Source: Octopus bimaculoides
Lineage: Eukaryota
Direction of reading: 5' to 3'
DNA: 64,000 nucleotides
Assembly: GCF_001194135.2 (NCBI RefSeq)
Contig: NC_068991.1
Span: 51,242,118-51,306,117, forward strand
Shown here: piece by piece, positions 25,316 through 39,019 of the stretch
How the letters are laid out: the number at the start of each line of letters is the position of its first letter
Numbering within the stretch: the stretch's first letter is position 1
Program-made: the position numbers and the translations under genes
The notes under the pieces: generated by a model
What the model saw: the letters and a program-made list of their open reading frames with translations, nothing else
What the model was told of the DNA's origin: nothing
The model's database searches: none

Positions 25316-26599
25316 ATATATATATATATATATATATAAGACCCCATCTTTTTTTGTACATATCTTATTCTCTTCTTCATCTTTGTTCATTTATAACACA
25401 GCAGCATTTGCTGCTGAAGCTATTAAATTAAACAATATTATTGATAAGGTGTCAAAGTGTCAAAATTGTGATGATTTTTGGTTGATAATGGATGAGGGAT
25501 CATCATGTTTATGTCCTTTGTGTGTGTTATTTTTTACTGTATGTTCCCCTGTTGTCTTTCTGTGTAACATTTTACTATCGTGTGTGTGTATACAGAGGGA
25601 GAGAGAGAGATGAAAGTTCCTTGGGCCGTAAGCAATTCTAGATAACCTGTAAGATGTGGTGAATGATGGAATTGGTATGTGCTACTGCAATTTTATCATA
25701 GACAGGGGCTATACTGTTGATGTATTCATGTAACATGCCTGCTTTTGGCTATTCCCAGCTTTGAATTTTGGGATATTTCAGCAGCCAGGATGTTGGTGTT
25801 TGGTTGTGACTAGTGAGTGATATCTCTGGGATGTGGGATGCGCTATTAATATTGCTTTCAACATTAATCTAATTTTGTTGGAATTTTTGTATCAGATGAA
25901 TGTGCTATTACTAATGTTCTCCCATCAAGTCTTTATATTACCTGGTTCTTATTGTAAATTAATGTTGAGGTAAGAGGAAAGTGTTGTACTTGCGCACAAA
26001 ACTAGATGATGGAAGATAGAAATTATATTACTACCTCACACAGAACACACAGATAATATAAACACAAGTCACAAACAAAAAAGTATTTCCCAAATGCTGA
26101 AACAAAACAGCCAACATTAAAAATTGGAATTGGGTGGTAATGCCACCATTAACAAAGTATTGTGTACGCACGCGCGCGCACACACACACACACGCACTTT
26201 ATTCAGATTAGACTGTCAAGATCTAGGAATTTTGATGAATCTAAGAACTTTACCAAACACATTATAAAAAATTCATTAGAAAAATATGAAGAATTTTAAT
26301 GTGTGTGTAAAAAAATAGAAATTGTGTACAGAGATCTGCTATAAATATTTTTATTAACCATTTTGTGAACATTTTTCTCACAAGAATATTTTCTGTCATT
26401 ATATTTTAATTTTCAAAATAATCCGGAATTATGAGAAATTTTGTTAAATAACAAAGTTTAAACTTAATAAAAGTGAAATGTTTATTAATTATTGAAATCT
26501 AATATTTTCTTTTATGCGATGCTGTGATTTCAGTTTGAGATTTAAATTTAACTTTGAACATTTAAATTGAGGTGATTTGAAGCTGGTCAGTATTGAAAT

Positions 26600-27303
26600 G
26601 GTTAAGACTTTTGGCCATGTGTCTTCTACTATAGCCTTGGGCTGACCACAGACTTATGAGTGGATTTGGTAGACAGAAACTGAAAGAAGCCCATCATATA
26701 GGTGTGTGTGTTTGTCCCCTACCACCACTTGACAACTGGTGTTGATCTGTTTATGTCCCCATAACTTAGCAGTTTGGCATAAAAGATCAATAGAATAAGT
26801 ACCAAGCTTAAAAAATAAGTGCTGGGGTTGATTTGTTTGACTAAAACATTTCTTCTAGGTGGTGCCCCAGCATGGTCAAAATCTAGTGACTGAAACAAGT
26901 AAAAGAATAAAAGAATGGCTTAGAATGGTGCAGGAGTGGCTGTGTGGTAAGTAGCTTGCTTATGAACCACATGGTTCCGGGTTCAGTCCCACTGCGTGGC
27001 ATCTTGGGCAAGTGTCTTCTACTACAGCCTCAGGCCAACCAAAGCCTTGTGAGTGGATTTGGTAGACGGAAACTGAAAGAAGCCCATCATATATATGTAT
27101 ATATATATATGTGTGTGTGTGTTTGTGTGTCTGCTTGACAACCGATGCTGGTGTGCTTATGTCCCCGTCGCTTAGCGGTTTGGCAAAAGAGACCAATAAA
27201 ATAAGTACTAGGCTTACAAAGAATAAGTCCTGGAGTCGATTTGCTCGCCAGAAGCGGTGCTCCAACATGGCCACAATCAAATGACTGAAACAAGTAAAAG
27301 AGT
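26600..27303 (+). mobile_element. Two tandem SINE copies (5'-truncated 26600-26912; full 26925-27303)
   Basis: Same consensus as 20675-21084. Confidence 0.88.
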
Positions 27304-27411
27304 ATAGTGATGTGCAACTGGCTGCTACTGAATGTGACTGTGATAGGGTTGAAATTTTCTCTACAAGTTGTGTTTTCCTTTTGTTACTTCTACCACAACT
27401 GATTTGCCTCT

Positions 27412-27640
27412 TTAACCCTTTCATTATTATATTTCTTTTGAAATACACTACTTGTCTTTCAATTAATTTCGAAAATAATGAAGGATTTATTAAAATAATT
27501 TTGCCATTATTAAGCTAGCATTTGGAACATAAATTAGCATAAAATTTTGATGAAAGGTTTTAATTTAGATTACTTTAAAACAGTAAATTTATATCATTGA
27601 ACCAGACTGGTTTTGGGCAGATTGATATCAAAAGGGCTAA
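27412..27640. mobile_element. TTAA-flanked MITE, same family
   Basis: ttaaccctttcatta ... aaaagggctaa, with shared internal sequence. Confidence 0.7.
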
Positions 27641-29124
27641 ACTACGACTTTATACTAAACTTACTTAAACTTGCTTTATAATCTAGTATTAGATACATGC
27701 GCCCTGAAAAATAGAAATGGGTGGTCATGACTGGAACACTTTTGAACATACCTTTAATGAGTTATGATAAATTGATGGTGCTAAGCAACAACAGCCTCTG
27801 CTGTTTCTGGTCTGTCTTTTACTCAAGACACTGACTAAAACTGCCCAATCTTTTTTTCTCAGAGAAGCATGGGCTGGACGATTTGACTGAGGACTGGTGA
27901 ACCAGATGGCTACACCAGTCCTCAGTCAAATCATTCAACCCATGCTAGCATGGAAAGCAGACACTAAACGATGATGATGATGATGATGATGAAATCTGAT
28001 CTAAAATCCCACTTTATTCATATTTTCTTCCACTAATCTTCAAAGACTTAATCTGAACATTAATTGTATTAACCATAGCCAATTATATTTTTATCCTCTG
28101 AAGTGAAGTCACATGGCCTAGTGGTTAGGTTGTTGTGCTCACGATTGCTGGTCATAGGTTCAATTCTCAGAGCAAGTGGCATGTTGTGTTCTTGAGGAAA
28201 ACACTTCATTTCACACTACTCTAGTGCTGTGTGGGGATTGTCATGTCAAAGAATAGACCCAATGTTTCCTCCACTTGTTGTAGAAAGGTGACTAAAAGAA
28301 ATTGTGGTAGGATTTGCACACTGACCTGATAAAAACCCTCACCAACAATAACCACCCAAATAGACCCATGGGTTGGTAGGTTGTCACTTGAGTTGTGTAA
28401 AGGTGTCATTATGCAGCAACATGCTGTTGCAGTGCATATCACCATACTACTACTACTACTACTCTTGAGATCTGAAGTTCTTCATCATCACTTTGCTGGC
28501 TTCTAGCTTCTTCCCAAGCATTCACTTGTGTACACATCTGACCAGTGTCAGCTTCATTTATTTCATAACAACACATGGTTGAACAATCTTATATTCAAGC
28601 ATTGGTCAAGACAAACTTAACTTTGAAGAGTAATTAAAAACCTGAAATTCTCATCAGTTAATGTGGTTTAAAGCAATGAACATATATTTAGAAGAAAATA
28701 TTTTTAATGAAAACAACATCTCTTCAATAATGTGAACAGAAGAGGAAGTGAACAGGAATTATTACAACTATTTTATTTGGAAGCAGTGACAAACAAAGAC
28801 ATCAGCCATTGGCATTTTTCTCTAATCTTCACTCTATTATTACTGGTTAGTTTTGTAGAAAAGTAGATTTATTAAAGGTAGTATATTTATATGGAACTAA
28901 ATTATTCAGTCTTTAGGTTTGTGACAGGAAAAAAAAATCTATATCAAGTCTTCAATGGTTTATAACACATTATAGTATAGATGGTTGCATAGCTTAAAAC
29001 TAACACAGGCTCTGTTGTAATATGCTATGTCTACTATGTCTAGTATAGCTACTATATTTGCTTAAAGAATAAATGCTGCAGACTGCAGTAGATTTACAAA
29101 TAAAGTAAATGAATGTTTTATATG

Positions 29125-29169
<45 letters not shown>

Positions 29170-30215
29170 CCATCGTCATCATCATCATCATCATCATCAT
29201 TGTCATCATCATCGTCATCATCACCATCATTTAATGTCCATTTTTCCATGCTGACACAAGTTTGATGATTTGACTGGATTCCTTGAGATGCAGGGTTGTG
29301 TCAAGCTACAGTGCCACTTTTGGCATGGTTTCTACAGCTGGATACTCTTCCCAATGCCAACCCCTTTATGGTGTGTGCTCGACACTTTTTTTTTTGTGTG
29401 CCACCCACACTACTGAAGTTACCAAGTAACTTGCAAGACAGGAAAAGAGAAAAGAAAAGCCCTTACTTTGACAGAGTGGAGCAGAGTATTTGAGGGGCAC
29501 GAGAAATGGTTTCATGTCAGGTGATGGGAGGCTAAATTATGATAGAGGAGCAAGTGCAGGTGTCTTGCTAGAGAGAAAATACATGACTATCCTACATTAT
29601 ATAAGGGTGGGTCGAGGTAGCTTGGAAGAAGATAAGCTGGTAGTGATGGGGTGCCAGAGTAAACCTTCAAGGAGCAAGAGAAGATATGGACAGTGGAGTA
29701 GCAGAGGGAAAAGAGTGGGCGTGTGGAGTGTAACAGATGGATAGAGATGGGGGATAGAGGCGAATGTAGTGAGTGATAAACAAAGATGAAAGTTTAGTTG
29801 GTGGGGAATACCGGATAGGGGTGTGGGTGAAATGGAAGAAGTAGAAATGGTTAAGGAAAGAGAATTGATCAGAAAGCAGAGGGATGATGTGCAAAGTGTA
29901 GGAGTTGTTAGGAAGGGAATATAGAGGTTCATAAGGGTGGCTATAGTGAAGAGAGTGTGATGGCAGATATGAGAGGGAACTGAGAATGATAGCAGATAGG
30001 AGAGGTATTAAAATGAGAAGAGGAAGAAATAAGTGGAGACACAAAGGTGATTGATGAACATAGAAAGGAATGATGATAAAAATGAGGGATGAAAAGGTTT
30101 CAGGGGTAGGAGAGAGAGAGATAGAGGTAAGTGTTGGTGCAAAGAATGAAAGTGGGGAAGTGTAATATGTACCCATTCTGCTCTCGAATGATTACAGTGA
30201 CCTTAGATAGAGATT

Positions 30216-30606
30216 GTGGAGGCGCAATGGCCCAGTGGTTAGGGCAGCGGACTCACGGTCATAGGATCGTGGTTTCGATTCCCAGACCGGGCGTTGTGAG
30301 TGTTTATTGAGCAAAAGCACCTAAAGCTCCACGAGGCTCCAGCAGGGGATGGTGGCGAACCCTGCTGTACTCTTCCACCACAACTTTCTCTCACTCTTAC
30401 TTCCTGTTTCTGTTGTGCCTGTAATTCAAAGGGTCAGCCTTGTCACACTGTGTCACGCTGAATATCCCCAAGAACTACGTTAAGGGTACACGTGTCTGTG
30501 GAGTGCTCAACCACTTGCACGTTAATTTCACAAGCAGGCTGTTCCGTTGATCGGATCAACTGGAACCCTCGACGTCGTAAGTGACGGAGTGCCAACAACA
30601 ACAACA
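30216..30606 (+). mobile_element. Young full-length tRNA-derived SINE with 11-bp TSD
   Basis: A box TGGCCCAGTGG (30228), B box GGTTTCGATTCC (30271) and (AAC)n tail. TSD agatagagatt at 30205-30215 and 30606-30616. CpGs retained. Confidence 0.92.
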
Positions 30607-30769
30607 GATAGAGATTACAGAATGATTGCAGTGCCTTAGATAGAGAAGTGATGGGATTATGGGGAAGGTGAGGCTTAAAGGAATTAGATATGAGAAGTAG
30701 GGAGCGTTTGATGTGGCAGAATGGATGTAGGGGAAAGGCCCAGCATGTACAAGCATACACAGAATGCTT

Positions 30770-32260
30770 GTAGGACTTCATTTTTGCTGTGATAGATGGT
30801 CTTCTCAAGCACAGCATGTTACCAGTTGTCTCAGTCCTTTGTTAACTCCTCCATGAGACTCAACATCTTAAGATCAGCCATCTCTACTTCACCCCCTGTA
30901 TTTCTGGGTCTCCTTTCACAAGTTCCATCCCCTTTAAGTGACTGGCACTTCTTTATACATCTGTCTTCATCTATATACACTGCATGACCAAACCAGTTCA
31001 GTCTTCTCTCTTTCACATTACATCTGATCCCTTTTATGCCTATTTTTTTTTCTCATTATATTAGCACTTTGTCATACATGCAAATTGGCATTGTACATCT
31101 CATGGAGAATACTATCTGTATTCCTCTCTAATCTTCATATATCCTCTGTATTCAGAGCCCACATCTCACAACCAAGCATCATACAATCTATCTGTCACTC
31201 TGTGACCATTTATTACAGCAGAAGTAAATGTCCTCTGAACTTTTTCCATCCTATTCTTATTCTAGCAACTATGCTTTCATAACAGCCTCCTTCACTGCTT
31301 ATTAGGTCACCTAGGTAACATAAACAATCTAGTATCACCAGGGAGGTTTCAGGACATTTTAGTGTTTGTTGCTCTTGTATGTGTGCCACAAACAGATTCT
31401 ATTTTCTCTGTTAACCAAGTGTGATTCCACTGCGCATTTTGTGCATTCATTACCTGCACTAACATCTTTCCTACATATCAAGTAGGATCATTTACTTGAA
31501 GGGAGTGGAATCATGCCTGCTTTCTTGCTTACTAGAACTTTGGCCTTTGCTAAGTTAACTTGAAGAACCTTTGATTCCAGGTTTTATTTCTATACCCAGA
31601 ATTTGTTTTCTAATTCTATTACACTGTGAGAGCAAGATCATCAGCATAGTAAATTCCTCTGTTGTGGCCTAAAAGACAATAATAAATAGGAGGGGACTGA
31701 GTACCCTGGTGAACTCCTACCTGTTTGCTAAATTCATTGCTGAACTCATGGCTAAATTTCACCTTCCTGACAGCACCATTGTGTATGGCTTTCATGAGCC
31801 ATTCATCTACTCCCAGCTTTCCCAGCAACCACCATATCACTGAGCTAGAAACTTTGCTAGAGGCTTTCTCTAAGTCAATAAATATCAAGTACAATGGTCT
31901 ACCTCCTGCATTTGTCTAATTAAGAAGATAGCATCAGTGGTACTTCTCCCTGGCACAAAACCAAACTGTATCTCTTATAGTCTAATTCTGTTCCTAATTA
32001 ATTAGGCTATAACACTCTCCATAACCTGGTTCATCAATTTGATACCTCTGTAATTACTTCTAAGACATCTCCTTTACCCTTGTACCAAATGACTTGGATG
32101 CTGCTACACCAGTCATTGGGGATGGTGCCTGCTTATACAACCTGATGATAAACCAGTATCTGCTGATGGTCCTTTTAAAGAGTAACAGGCTCAGGTTCTT
32201 TCCTAGTTATGTTTTGTGTTTGTTCTCTTCTTGGTTGACTGATATTCTTGTAGAGCAGTA
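30770..32260 (-). mobile_element. Decayed 5'-truncated RTE-clade LINE
   Basis: IPNDWCSS..YKGKGD, NYRGIKL, QFGFVPGRSTTDAIF, FIDLEKA, GVHQG, YADD and C-terminal RRLNWFGH, with stops and frameshifts. Confidence 0.88.
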
Positions 32261-33631
32261 TCTTATACATTAAAATATTAAATCCCTCTACTGTGATTTT
32301 TTCATGGGTTTAAATGAAAAATACATCCTTGTTTAGGTCCACACCAAAATTTGAAGTTCATAAAAGGTCGACTCTCAGAACGAGGCTGTGATTAATGCTA
32401 ATTAAAGATGAACCAGCTTAAGTCATTAACCATTCCTAGGAAAGTTCATAGTCCTTCCTGGTTGCTTGGTTATTCTTTATTCTTTATGACCTGACTTTGG
32501 TGGGCTCAGTTTTTTTAGATTCAAGAAGAGCCACAGATTGCTTTTAATAATTGTAATTATATTTTTAGAACATGTTCCTTAGATAAGGTTCATTCTAAAA
32601 TTAAAGAGACTAGCACAAGATGTCAAGAAATCTAAAATAAGATTAATAGACTATTTGATTTCATAAAATGGCAAACTGACATTTCTTCAGTTACTTTGTA
32701 TCTCACAATCAGTTTATGCATGCTGTGCAATGTCCCAATAGTATCCTGAAATTCAATGATTCAACTGCAGGCAATTGTAAGGTTCAAAAGTGCATCTTTG
32801 GAGAATCTTCCCAGGGGTATTAGTTGCTTGTGGATTTTTTTGTGAGATCCTATTCACTCCAGTGTCAATATTCCTGCATGTATCAATAATCATTATCAAC
32901 ATTTAACATCCGTTTTCCATGCTGGCATGGGGTGAATGGCATGACAAGAACTGGCAAGGCCATGGGCTGCACCAAGTTCCATAGTCTGTTTTGGCTTGGT
33001 TTCTTCTACTGGATGCCCTTCCTAACACCAACCACTTTACAGAGTATGTCCTGGGTGCTTTTTACATGGCACCAGCACCCACACCAATGCTTTTTTATGT
33101 GGCACCTTGATTTTTGAATATTATTTCTGCTGTGGAAGGTAGGTCTTCTTGAGTAAAAGTAATAGTAGTTTCAATAATTCTCCCATGTCCTACCTGTGCT
33201 TTAGGACAAATCTTCTGATGAAGTTAAAACACCACATTTTCTGCTGACTCTTTTGCTGACCTTTGTCATTTGCATTTATTTGACTCTGGTACTGTGTCTC
33301 TGGGCCGGGGACGGGCTGTCACAAACATGTTTCTAGTTGATTTTTTTTTCTTCCATGTTGTTTGATTGAATAGGATTCAACTGTAAGTTCCTAAATGGGT
33401 CTCCATTGCCTACATGTCCTCCATTGTTAAGAAGCCATTCTGTGAGGAAGCCATTCTGTGATCAGTATGGTTGCTGCCTTATATGACATTGAATGCAGTC
33501 ATAATGTTTAAGTCTTTAATTTGTTAACAAATTCTCCCTTATTGAGAGTTCATTCCCTGTCTTTTTGTGCTAATTTCAGACAATGTTCCAAACATGTGTG
33601 TAAATTCACTTGTATCCATTAAGACATGACT

Positions 33632-33666
<35 letters not shown>

Positions 33667-34038
33667 TTAACATCCATTTTTCCATGCTGGTATGGGTTGG
33701 GATAACCAGATACAGGAATACTTCAGTGCTTACTTGTAACTCTGCTTGGAAATTGCTCTTAACCATTACCTACTGCACAAATTAGATCTAATACTTAATT
33801 AGTTAATTAACCTGATCAAGAGTAACTTTTAAATGCAACTTCTGTCCTCAGGAACGTCATGTGGAAGCTCTTCAAGTAGCAATTTATTGATCTTAAATTT
33901 CATGATGAATAACACCTTATTGATGCCAGCCTATTATTTGAGTTGGTTAACCATGGTGACTGAATATGGTAAATCAGAATAGCTATAATAATTATTATGA
34001 TCATCATGATGATGAGGATGAGGATGATGATGATGACA

Positions 34039-34280
34039 ACAATTATTCCTGTAGTAATCGGTGCACTTGGCATAACGCCCAAAATGCTACATAAAAGACT
34101 GAGAGAAATTGGCATTTACACTCTCATTGCCAACTTGCAGAAAATTACCATCCTATATTCTGCAAGAATCCTTAGCAAAATTCTTGAGATTTGAGGAGAC
34201 TTGTTGTCATCAAACTTCAAGATGAAATACCTGCTAGCTAAATAAGCATGCACTTGTGAAGTAATACTAGTACAAATAAT
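34039..34280 (+). mobile_element. Short 3' fragment of an RLE-type LINE
   Basis: TTIIPVVIGALGITPKMLHKRLREIGI...LQKITILYSARILSKILEI*, homologous to the end of the 53194-53535 fragment. Confidence 0.75.
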
Positions 34281-34337
34281 AATGTAATTAAAAGTATATC
34301 AAACCATAGCATTTCTTCTATCTATGTGAGAAGAGTT

Positions 34338-34650
34338 TGAAGGTGCATGCTTCTGTGGTTTGAGTTTCAGGCTAAGGTAGTGAGTTTGATTCTTGGACTG
34401 GTTTCTGTGTTTTGTACTTGAGCAAGACACTTTATTTCATGTTGCTCCAGTTCACTCATCTATAGAAATGAGTTGCAATGTCACTGGTGTCAAGCTGTAT
34501 TGGCCTTTTCATCTCCCTTGGATAACATCGGCAGTGTGGAGAGAGGAGGTTGATATGCATGGGCTATTCTTCCATAAACAACCTTACCCAGACTTGTGCC
34601 TTGGAGGGTAACTTTCTAAGTGCAATCCCATGGTCATTCACAACCAAGGA
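34338..34650 (+). mobile_element. tRNA-derived SINE, third family
   Basis: cttgagcaagacactttatttca.gttgctccagttcactca core. An inverted homologue lies at 57833-58175. Confidence 0.75.
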
Positions 34651-35233
34651 GTCTCTTTTATATAAGAATATCATTGTGGTGTGCAGTTTCTTAGACATGT
34701 GTCTCAGTTATGTGATTCTTCACAGAGCTGTTTCTCATCTTACTATTTTGCTCTCTCACCCCAATTTAATTTTTTTTTGTTTCTTACTTTCAAAGTCTCC
34801 TAAGTTTGGATTTGATTTACTTTCAACACAAATCATGTTTTATTATTAAAAAAAATAAAATAAAGAAGAAGCAATGTCCTGGAGGTCTGAGACTTTGGTT
34901 ATTAATTTTTTTCAATCTTAGTAATTTATCTGACAAAAGCTTTCTGAAAAAAAAAAATGAGAACAGTCACAAACATAGCCATGTGATTCAGAAATTCTTT
35001 CATGACTGCAAAATTCTAATTTTGATACTACAACATAGCAACACATGTGTCTGTTACTGTAGCCTGGGTTCCATGTCTTACAAGTGGGATTTGCTCTATA
35101 AAATCTGTACTGAAGTTTGTCATGTGTGTGTGTGTGTGTGTGTGTCTATTAGTTTAAATGATATCATGTTACGGCCCCTTATGTACAAAATATATATAAA
35201 AAACATTAACTTATGGTTAAATGTTAAGATTCA

Positions 35234-35460
35234 TTAACCTATTAGAATTTAAACTGGTTGTATATGACCAAAATATTCTATTTGTTTTATGTTCAAACTG
35301 GCCAAATCTGGTCTCTCACACCTGTCCTACAATATCATACTAAAAGTAAACAATGACATCATCAGAATCTCAAAACTAAAAGATAATGCATGATTAATTC
35401 AAAACAATGTGAATTCACAAGCATTCCATTTGACAAAATAATTGAATGCTAAAACGTTAA
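35234..35460. mobile_element. TTAA-flanked MITE, second subfamily
   Basis: ttaacctattagaatt ... aatgctaaaacgttaa. Confidence 0.5.
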
Positions 35461-38456
35461 ACGCAGTTAATATGATTGACTAAAACCCTTCAAAGAAATG
35501 CCCCAGTATGGCCACAACCCAATGAATAAAGCCAGTAAAAGAGTGAAAGATTAAATTCTTCAGTGCTAGTTTATCATCAGTTAAAAGAAATATTATCTAA
35601 ATTGCAGTAATATTTGAACCACTGTTTCCTTCTCCAGAGTTGTGTTTATATTTGTAAAGTTTACTCTTGTTAACGGAAGTCTTACTATAGATTGTTGTAG
35701 CTTGGTTCCACTGACTTGGATTAACAAATGATAATTGCGGTCTAATGTTACATAGCATTAGCTGTATTTAACTGACTTTAGCTGTGGCTATTAATCTACA
35801 TGGCTGTAGATGTCTGCCTAGTTCAGTTAACTATTGCTAATTGGGGTCTTAACATACTTCTTTAAGTAACTCACTTAACTAAGTTGTGTTTGAGTGGTTT
35901 TCATTATGATTGTTAGCTAGGATCTTACTCACTATGATTGCAGCTATGTTTCACTGATTCACAGAGCTGTAGCTATACTGTTTTATTCTCTATAGCTGCA
36001 GCCATGTTTGAAGAGCTCAGCCAATATTCAAATCATACATCAGAAATATTTCCGATTTCATTTTCCTCCCATAAATCATAAAATATATCAAAGCCCTCCT
36101 CCCATTTATCAACTTAGTTATTCTTATAACTTTCAGATATTGCTTTTTTTTCTTCTTCTTCTTTTTCTTTTGTTTTGTTTTTGCTTTCTCGTCTGCAGAA
36201 GATTTGATTACGTTAACTTTTAGAAGATTGTATTGAGCAAAATTGATTGATTCTTGTTATTTCTACACCCCTTCACCACCAACCCTATCCCTTCTCCTTC
36301 TCGCNNNNNNNNNNNNNNNNNNNNNNNNNNNNNNNNNNNNNNNNNNNNNNNNNNNNNNNNNNNNNNNNNNNNNNNNNNNNNNNNNNNNNNNNNNNNNNNN
36401 NNNNNNNNNNNNNNNNNNNNNNNNNNNNNNNNNNNNNNNNNNNNNNNNNNNNNNNNNNNNNNNNNNNNNNNNNNNNNNNNNNNNNNNNNNNNNNNNNNNN
36501 NNNNNNNNNNNNNNNNNCTCCCCTTCTCTTCCTCCTCCTTTCCCTTTTCTCTTTGAGATATCAAAATTATTTCAGAATAAATGAACAAGCCTTAATATCA
36601 GAATGATTTTTTTTTTTTTGGCAGCTGACATATAACTAAATAATGCTTTGGGCTGCAGGCTTTCAAAGAGGACTTTTTCAGCTAGTTTGAAGTGTTTGTT
36701 ACTATCTAGAGATTGAGTTTTTCTTTTTTTTTTAGAGTTCTCTTTGTTTCCTACATGTAAAAGTCTAAGGTAAAATTAGCATAAAGGATTTGATAGTGAT
36801 GGTGGTATTAGATATTTGTGCTAATGTGCTGTTGAGACAATCATGCTGGTGATAGTGTTTACTATTGTCATGGTAGGAACAGTGGTGATGGTGGGGATTG
36901 AAGCCATTTTAATATTGTATTGCTGAGATGAGATGGTCACTAATTAATATTCATTTCATTTAGTGTCTAATTAGGTGACGTTGGGAATTTTGGTTGCTTC
37001 TAAGTCTGTGGGTCATGTGTTGATTGGATATTGTCTATGATCTGTGACTGATCAAGTGATGCCTGCTGCTTGGTTTGCAGATATTGTAGAAGTTGGATGT
37101 TGACTCTAGTGTAGGGTATCAATTTTCCTGAAGTAAATGGTGAGGAATGGTATTTGGTCTGTGCTGATTCAATATTCTATATTGCCTCTCATATATGGAT
37201 GGAAATATAAATCAACGCAAACTTGAAGTAATTTACTTAAGGCTGAATTAAGTGGCAAGAAGTTCATTAAAAAAGATCCAAAACAGAAATTTATTGATTG
37301 AGCACATCTCATGAAGAATGGCCAGTCAGATAAGAGATATATTGATTTCTAACAGAGATAGAATGTGGGGGAGAGTGTAATCGATTATGATTGACCCCAG
37401 TTCCTGACTGGTACTCAAATTATTGATCCTTTATTGATGAAAGACAATGTTGGTCTTGGGATTCAAAACCAGAACATAAAATTATGTAACAAGATACCAT
37501 AAGACATATTCTTTGATGCTCTCTGGATTTTACCAATTCACAGATATATTGATATGGCTGCAACTAAAACTGAACACTATTCCCATGTAGTAATTATATT
37601 GGAGATATAAGTTGTCTTTAATTGTATCAGAAACAATAGGATATGTAGGTATGTGGTAAGTGCTTCTTTTTAAGATCTTATTTATTTTCTGCAACATGGT
37701 TCTCTAACAACTGACCCTGCAGCAAATTGCAGTGAAATAAACTGTCAGTGAAGTGAAATGGCAGTGTGTGTGTGTGGGGGGGGGAGTTTACTTTGCAACC
37801 ATTTTTTTCTTCTTGATTTCACTGTGCACTACCTTGGGCCAAGTATCTTACAAATGCCTTATGAGGTGCAACTTGTTGACAGAAATTGTGCTGAAGCCTG
37901 TGTCACACACACAAACACACACACACACACACACAAACTGAGATATGTAAACATCTAGAGGACAAAAAGAAAGCATTGATTTTTAAAAACCCCCGTAGTA
38001 TTTTTTCTGCCAAGTTGCATACACACTCCCTTGTTTCCCTTGCCATCAGAAATTCAGTGAATTAGAGACTGGCCATTTAGACACTTATAATTAACAAAGC
38101 TATAACTAACAAAAATAAAATTAATAATGCTATTCTCATCTAAAATGTGATACAAAAAAGTAAGTTTGCCAGAAAGAACTTACAAATATTTCAGCCTTCT
38201 TGATATCTATACCTAATAGGAAACCACTTTTATAACTTAATTTGAAAACAGATGCCAATTTGTGTCTTTGTGTTATTTGGTGCCAAACTTGATGCTTACC
38301 AGAATTAGATTAGAAGTCTGTTCTGTAAAAAGTTCCAAAATAAATGCAAACATATTCATAGAGAAAAGATGGAAAAAGGTCCTTCTATAACATCATTACT
38401 CTAACCCATGCCAACATGGAATTCTGTTCTGTATAAAACCCATGAATACCTACTTC

Positions 38457-38693
38457 CAGCTACCTCTCCAAGGTGGCAGACCACACAAAACAAAGGCTTT
38501 AATGTAATTTTCAGTGTGACATTGTCATGGGCTTTTCTGTTTGCAAAGATGAAACTTAATTTCTTCTTGCATTTCTATTCTTTCATTCTTGCAAATAGTT
38601 AACTGAAAATCAGTTATCGATAGAACTAATGACTGTTAAAGAATAAATGTTAGGGATATCATCATATATATGCATAGATACATACACACACAT

Positions 38694-38789
<96 letters not shown>

Positions 38790-39018
38790 GTATGTATCTA
38801 TGCATATATATGATGATATCCCTAACATTTATTCTTTAACAGTCATTAGTTCTATCGATAACTGATTTTCAGTTAACTATTTGCAAGAATGAAAGAATAG
38901 AAATGCAAGAAGAAATTAAGTTTCATCTTTGCAAACAGAAAAGCCCATGACAATGTCACACTGAAAATTACATTAAAGCCTTTGTTTTGTGTGGTCTGCC
39001 ACCTTGGAGAGGTAGCTG
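38457..39018. repeat. 562-bp palindrome centred on (TA)n
   Basis: About 238 bp of each arm are exact reverse complements; the arms differ only in inner CA/CATA repeat counts. The ORF track gives identical peptides on both strands. Confidence 0.97.
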
Positions 39019-39019
39019 T

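Noticed and set aside
24304-25613. Long ORFs of 300-400 aa in the track (also near 4400, 8400 and 36250)
   Set aside because: Artefacts of N-gaps translated as X.
30216-30290. tRNA gene
   Set aside because: The tRNA-like head continues into a SINE body with a tail and TSD; no proper acceptor stem.
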